NCBI GenBank assembly: GCA_965198235.1
Contig: OZ240248.1
Span: 1,760,001-1,824,000 of the forward strand
Source of the DNA: Candidatus Poribacteria bacterium
Lineage (GTDB): Bacteria; Poribacteria; WGA-4E; WGA-3G
Length of the DNA: 64,000 nucleotides
Direction: 5' to 3'
Shown here: piece after piece, positions 61,736 to 64,000 of the stretch
Numbering within the stretch: position 1 is the first letter of the stretch
Layout: every line of letters begins with the position of its first letter
Notes under the pieces: model-generated
What the model saw: the letters and a program-made list of their open reading frames with translations, nothing else
What the model was told of the DNA's origin: nothing
Database searches by the model: none
Program-made: the position numbers and the translations under genes

Positions 61736-62134
61736 ATGAGCCAACATACTGGCTATGACGATTTACAAACCCATATCCGTCAACTGAAAACACCTGCAAT
61801 TGAGACATGGGAAAATCAGTATAGCCACCGAGATTACACAATCGAGATTACCAACTTAGAGTTTACTGCCGTATGTCCTAAAACAGGACTACCGGATTTC
61901 GCAACCCTCTGTATCACTTACGTGCCAGACCTGCATTGTGTCGAACTGAAATCGTTGAAGGAATACTTCCTTTTCTACCGAGATGTCGGTATCTTTCATG
62001 AACACGTCGTGAATAAGGTGTTAGAGGACTTTGTTGCAGCCTGTCAACCGCGGAAGGCAGAAGTCGTCGGAGATTTTAACATCCGCGGCGGCATCAAAAC
62101 GGTCGTGCGTGCAAGCTATCAAAAGCCTTTTTAA
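61736..62134 (+). CDS. queF: PreQ0 reductase, type I
   Basis: EFTAVCPKTGLPDFA, VELKSLK, FHE and RGG. ATG follows GGAG. Confidence 0.95.
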   Translation: MSQHTGYDDLQTHIRQLKTPAIETWENQYSHRDYTIEITNLEFTAVCPKTGLPDFATLCITYVPDLHCVELKSLKEYFLFYRDVGIFHEHVVNKVLEDFVAACQPRKAEVVGDFNIRGGIKTVVRASYQKPF

Positions 62135-62314
62135 GTAATTGAATCTGCGCGTCGTTCCAAATGTAAAGCAAAGACAAATTATGCCATTTAAGTCATAATT
62201 TCATTTCACGATGGGTTCCGTCTGAGTAGAGACCCTACGTTAGGTGATGAAAGGTTGCTAACTTTACTGGAAACCATTGCGTAATGTAATGGAGCAATGC
62301 TCGGAGGCAATCGT

Positions 62315-63343
62315 TTAAAAAATCGGAACGGAACGACCTATCCTCGCAGATTCGTAAAGCGCATCGAAGATTTTCGCAACGTTCAACACCTCTTCAGCAG
62401 GAACAGGAGACGACAATCCGTCTCGAATAGCCGTGTGGAACGATTCAAATTCACTCGGTAACCCTGTAAGAAGTTTCGGCGTGTAGTTCACCATCTCATC
62501 TTTTTTGTCGAGGTAAATCTGAAGCGGTTCATAAGTCGCACCGGCTAAGTCCCCCATGAAAAACGTCCCGCCGATGTTTTCAATATGTGATGCCCAGGCC
62601 GTTTCCAAGGTCACCGTCAGATCCCCCTCAAAGCGGATAGTCCCCATCGCGAAGTCTTCCACCTCAAATTCTTCAGGATTCCATTTGCCCCACGGATTGA
62701 TGACATTCTCTCTATGTCCAAACTTCGTTGCCGTCATCCCGAAAGCCTCGATAGGTTTCGGAGAACCGATCATCCAGAGCAGCACATCAAGGATATGCAC
62801 GCCGATGTCAATCAACGGTCCGCCACCTGCAATGGCTTTACTGATAAAAGATGGTGAGGCAGGTACCCCACGCCGCCGCATCGACATTGCACGGGCATAG
62901 TAGATGTCTCCAAAGAAACCTTCATCATAGAGTTTGCGTAGGGTGCGCGCCTCAGCACGGAACCGAGATTGTAACCCGATCTGTAGAACTTTACCACTCG
63001 CTTTCTGCGCATCCACCATCGCTTGCCCGTCAATAGCATTGCCAGCGATCGGCTTTTCAGAGATGACGTGTTTTCCGGCGTTCAACGCTGCAATCGTTGG
63101 ACCGGCATGGAAGTTATTCGGCGTGCAAACGCTCACCGCATCCAATTCATCCATGGCAGCTAATTCCTCATAATCACTGAAAACGTGTGGAATGCCGTGT
63201 TGTTTGGCGAACGCTTTCGCGCGGGCCTCGTCGATGTCACACGCGGCGACAATCGAAACACCCTTGACACCTTTATGGCCCGGTAGGTGTTTACCGCCAG
63301 CAATACCACCACACCCAACAATACCTACCTTAATGTCCTTCAT
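62315..63343 (-). CDS. Gfo/Idh/MocA oxidoreductase
   Basis: GIVGCGGI, GKHVISEKP and GGGPLIDIGVH. Confidence 0.95.
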   Translation of the reverse strand: MKDIKVGIVGCGGIAGGKHLPGHKGVKGVSIVAACDIDEARAKAFAKQHGIPHVFSDYEELAAMDELDAVSVCTPNNFHAGPTIAALNAGKHVISEKPIAGNAIDGQAMVDAQKASGKVLQIGLQSRFRAEARTLRKLYDEGFFGDIYYARAMSMRRRGVPASPSFISKAIAGGGPLIDIGVHILDVLLWMIGSPKPIEAFGMTATKFGHRENVINPWGKWNPEEFEVEDFAMGTIRFEGDLTVTLETAWASHIENIGGTFFMGDLAGATYEPLQIYLDKKDEMVNYTPKLLTGLPSEFESFHTAIRDGLSSPVPAEEVLNVAKIFDALYESARIGRSVPIF

Positions 63344-63362
63344 TTTTTCCCTTTCTCTCTTA

Positions 63363-64000
63363 TTAAATCGCGACGATCTGTGGGGCTTGTTCCAAGTTCA
63401 GATTATGCGTCGCTGCCCATTCTGAACCAGCCCAGTGTACGCCGTTCGGATCGCGCCTGCCTTGTGTGTCTATGGATGCCCCGAGAAACTGTCTGCCGAG
63501 ATCATCCAGGTTTTCCACCAGTGTTTCAGCCGGTTGCAGACTGTCATTGTAATAGCGCAAATAATAATCCGGCTTAATCCAGCGGTAATGGTACCCGTAG
63601 ATGACGACCTTAGAGATATTCTCTGTGAAGTTCAGCCCCGCCGCATGATAGATACGGCTTTCAAACAGGAACGCGTCTCCTGCACGGAGGAGCGGTTCGT
63701 CGTACGCAAGCGGATCGACTTGACCTTCGGGAATACTCAACGGTTTACTCAGTTTATGGCTCTTTCGGATAAACCATGTCGCACCTGAGTCCGGTACGCT
63801 GAAATCCGTTAAGCAGTAGCCTACCTTCAAGCCGACGCGCGGACACCCTGCGTACCCAACGTCCAAATGCACACCGACATCTCGATGCCAATTGCGGTTG
63901 TCAGGTTTTTCAGGTGCCTGTGGGTGTTTGTGGATAAGTGCTGTGTTCGTAATATGGATATTTGTACCGAGCAGTTGAAGAATCAACGGCACTGCCTTTG
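63363..64000 (-). CDS. PhyH family dioxygenase (5' end outside the window)
   Basis: WHRD, GATWFIRKSH and AGDAFLFESRIYH. The frame stays open to the window edge. Confidence 0.85.
   Translation of the reverse strand, partial: KAVPLILQLLGTNIHITNTALIHKHPQAPEKPDNRNWHRDVGVHLDVGYAGCPRVGLKVGYCLTDFSVPDSGATWFIRKSHKLSKPLSIPEGQVDPLAYDEPLLRAGDAFLFESRIYHAAGLNFTENISKVVIYGYHYRWIKPDYYLRYYNDSLQPAETLVENLDDLGRQFLGASIDTQGRRDPNGVHWAGSEWAATHNLNLEQAPQIVAI

Overview
Bacterial chromosomal window of roughly 50% GC, most likely from Candidatus Poribacteria. This is inferred from four PhyH dioxygenases, many Gfo/Idh/MocA and sugar-isomerase genes, redoxin/ABC-permease paralogues and a FlgD-like C-terminal sorting domain. 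It holds about 55 genes for carbohydrate and redox metabolism, a three-subunit molybdenum hydroxylase, queG, queF, pheA, UPF0182, an Omp85 protein and at least two toxin-antitoxin pairs. No rRNA, tRNA or CRISPR array was recognised. The main result is three genes that the ORF track splits or misses because they contain an in-frame TGA at a cysteine position. Each TGA is followed by a SECIS-like hairpin, so these are probably selenoproteins: (1) a bacterial homologue of animal selenoprotein N fused to a TlpA redoxin (38489-40177), (2) a DUF3179 protein with UxxC (6874-7962), and (3) an unannotated 81-aa DUF5069-like protein (54888-55133). Also notable are two tandem PhyH enzymes with halogenase-type HxA/HxG motifs, a 4x122-bp tandem array, dispersed miniature repeats that supply start and stop regions or sit in-frame inside genes, and a small zinc-ribbon gene inside the Mo-hydroxylase operon. 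Family assignments come from motif recognition only; no database search was run.
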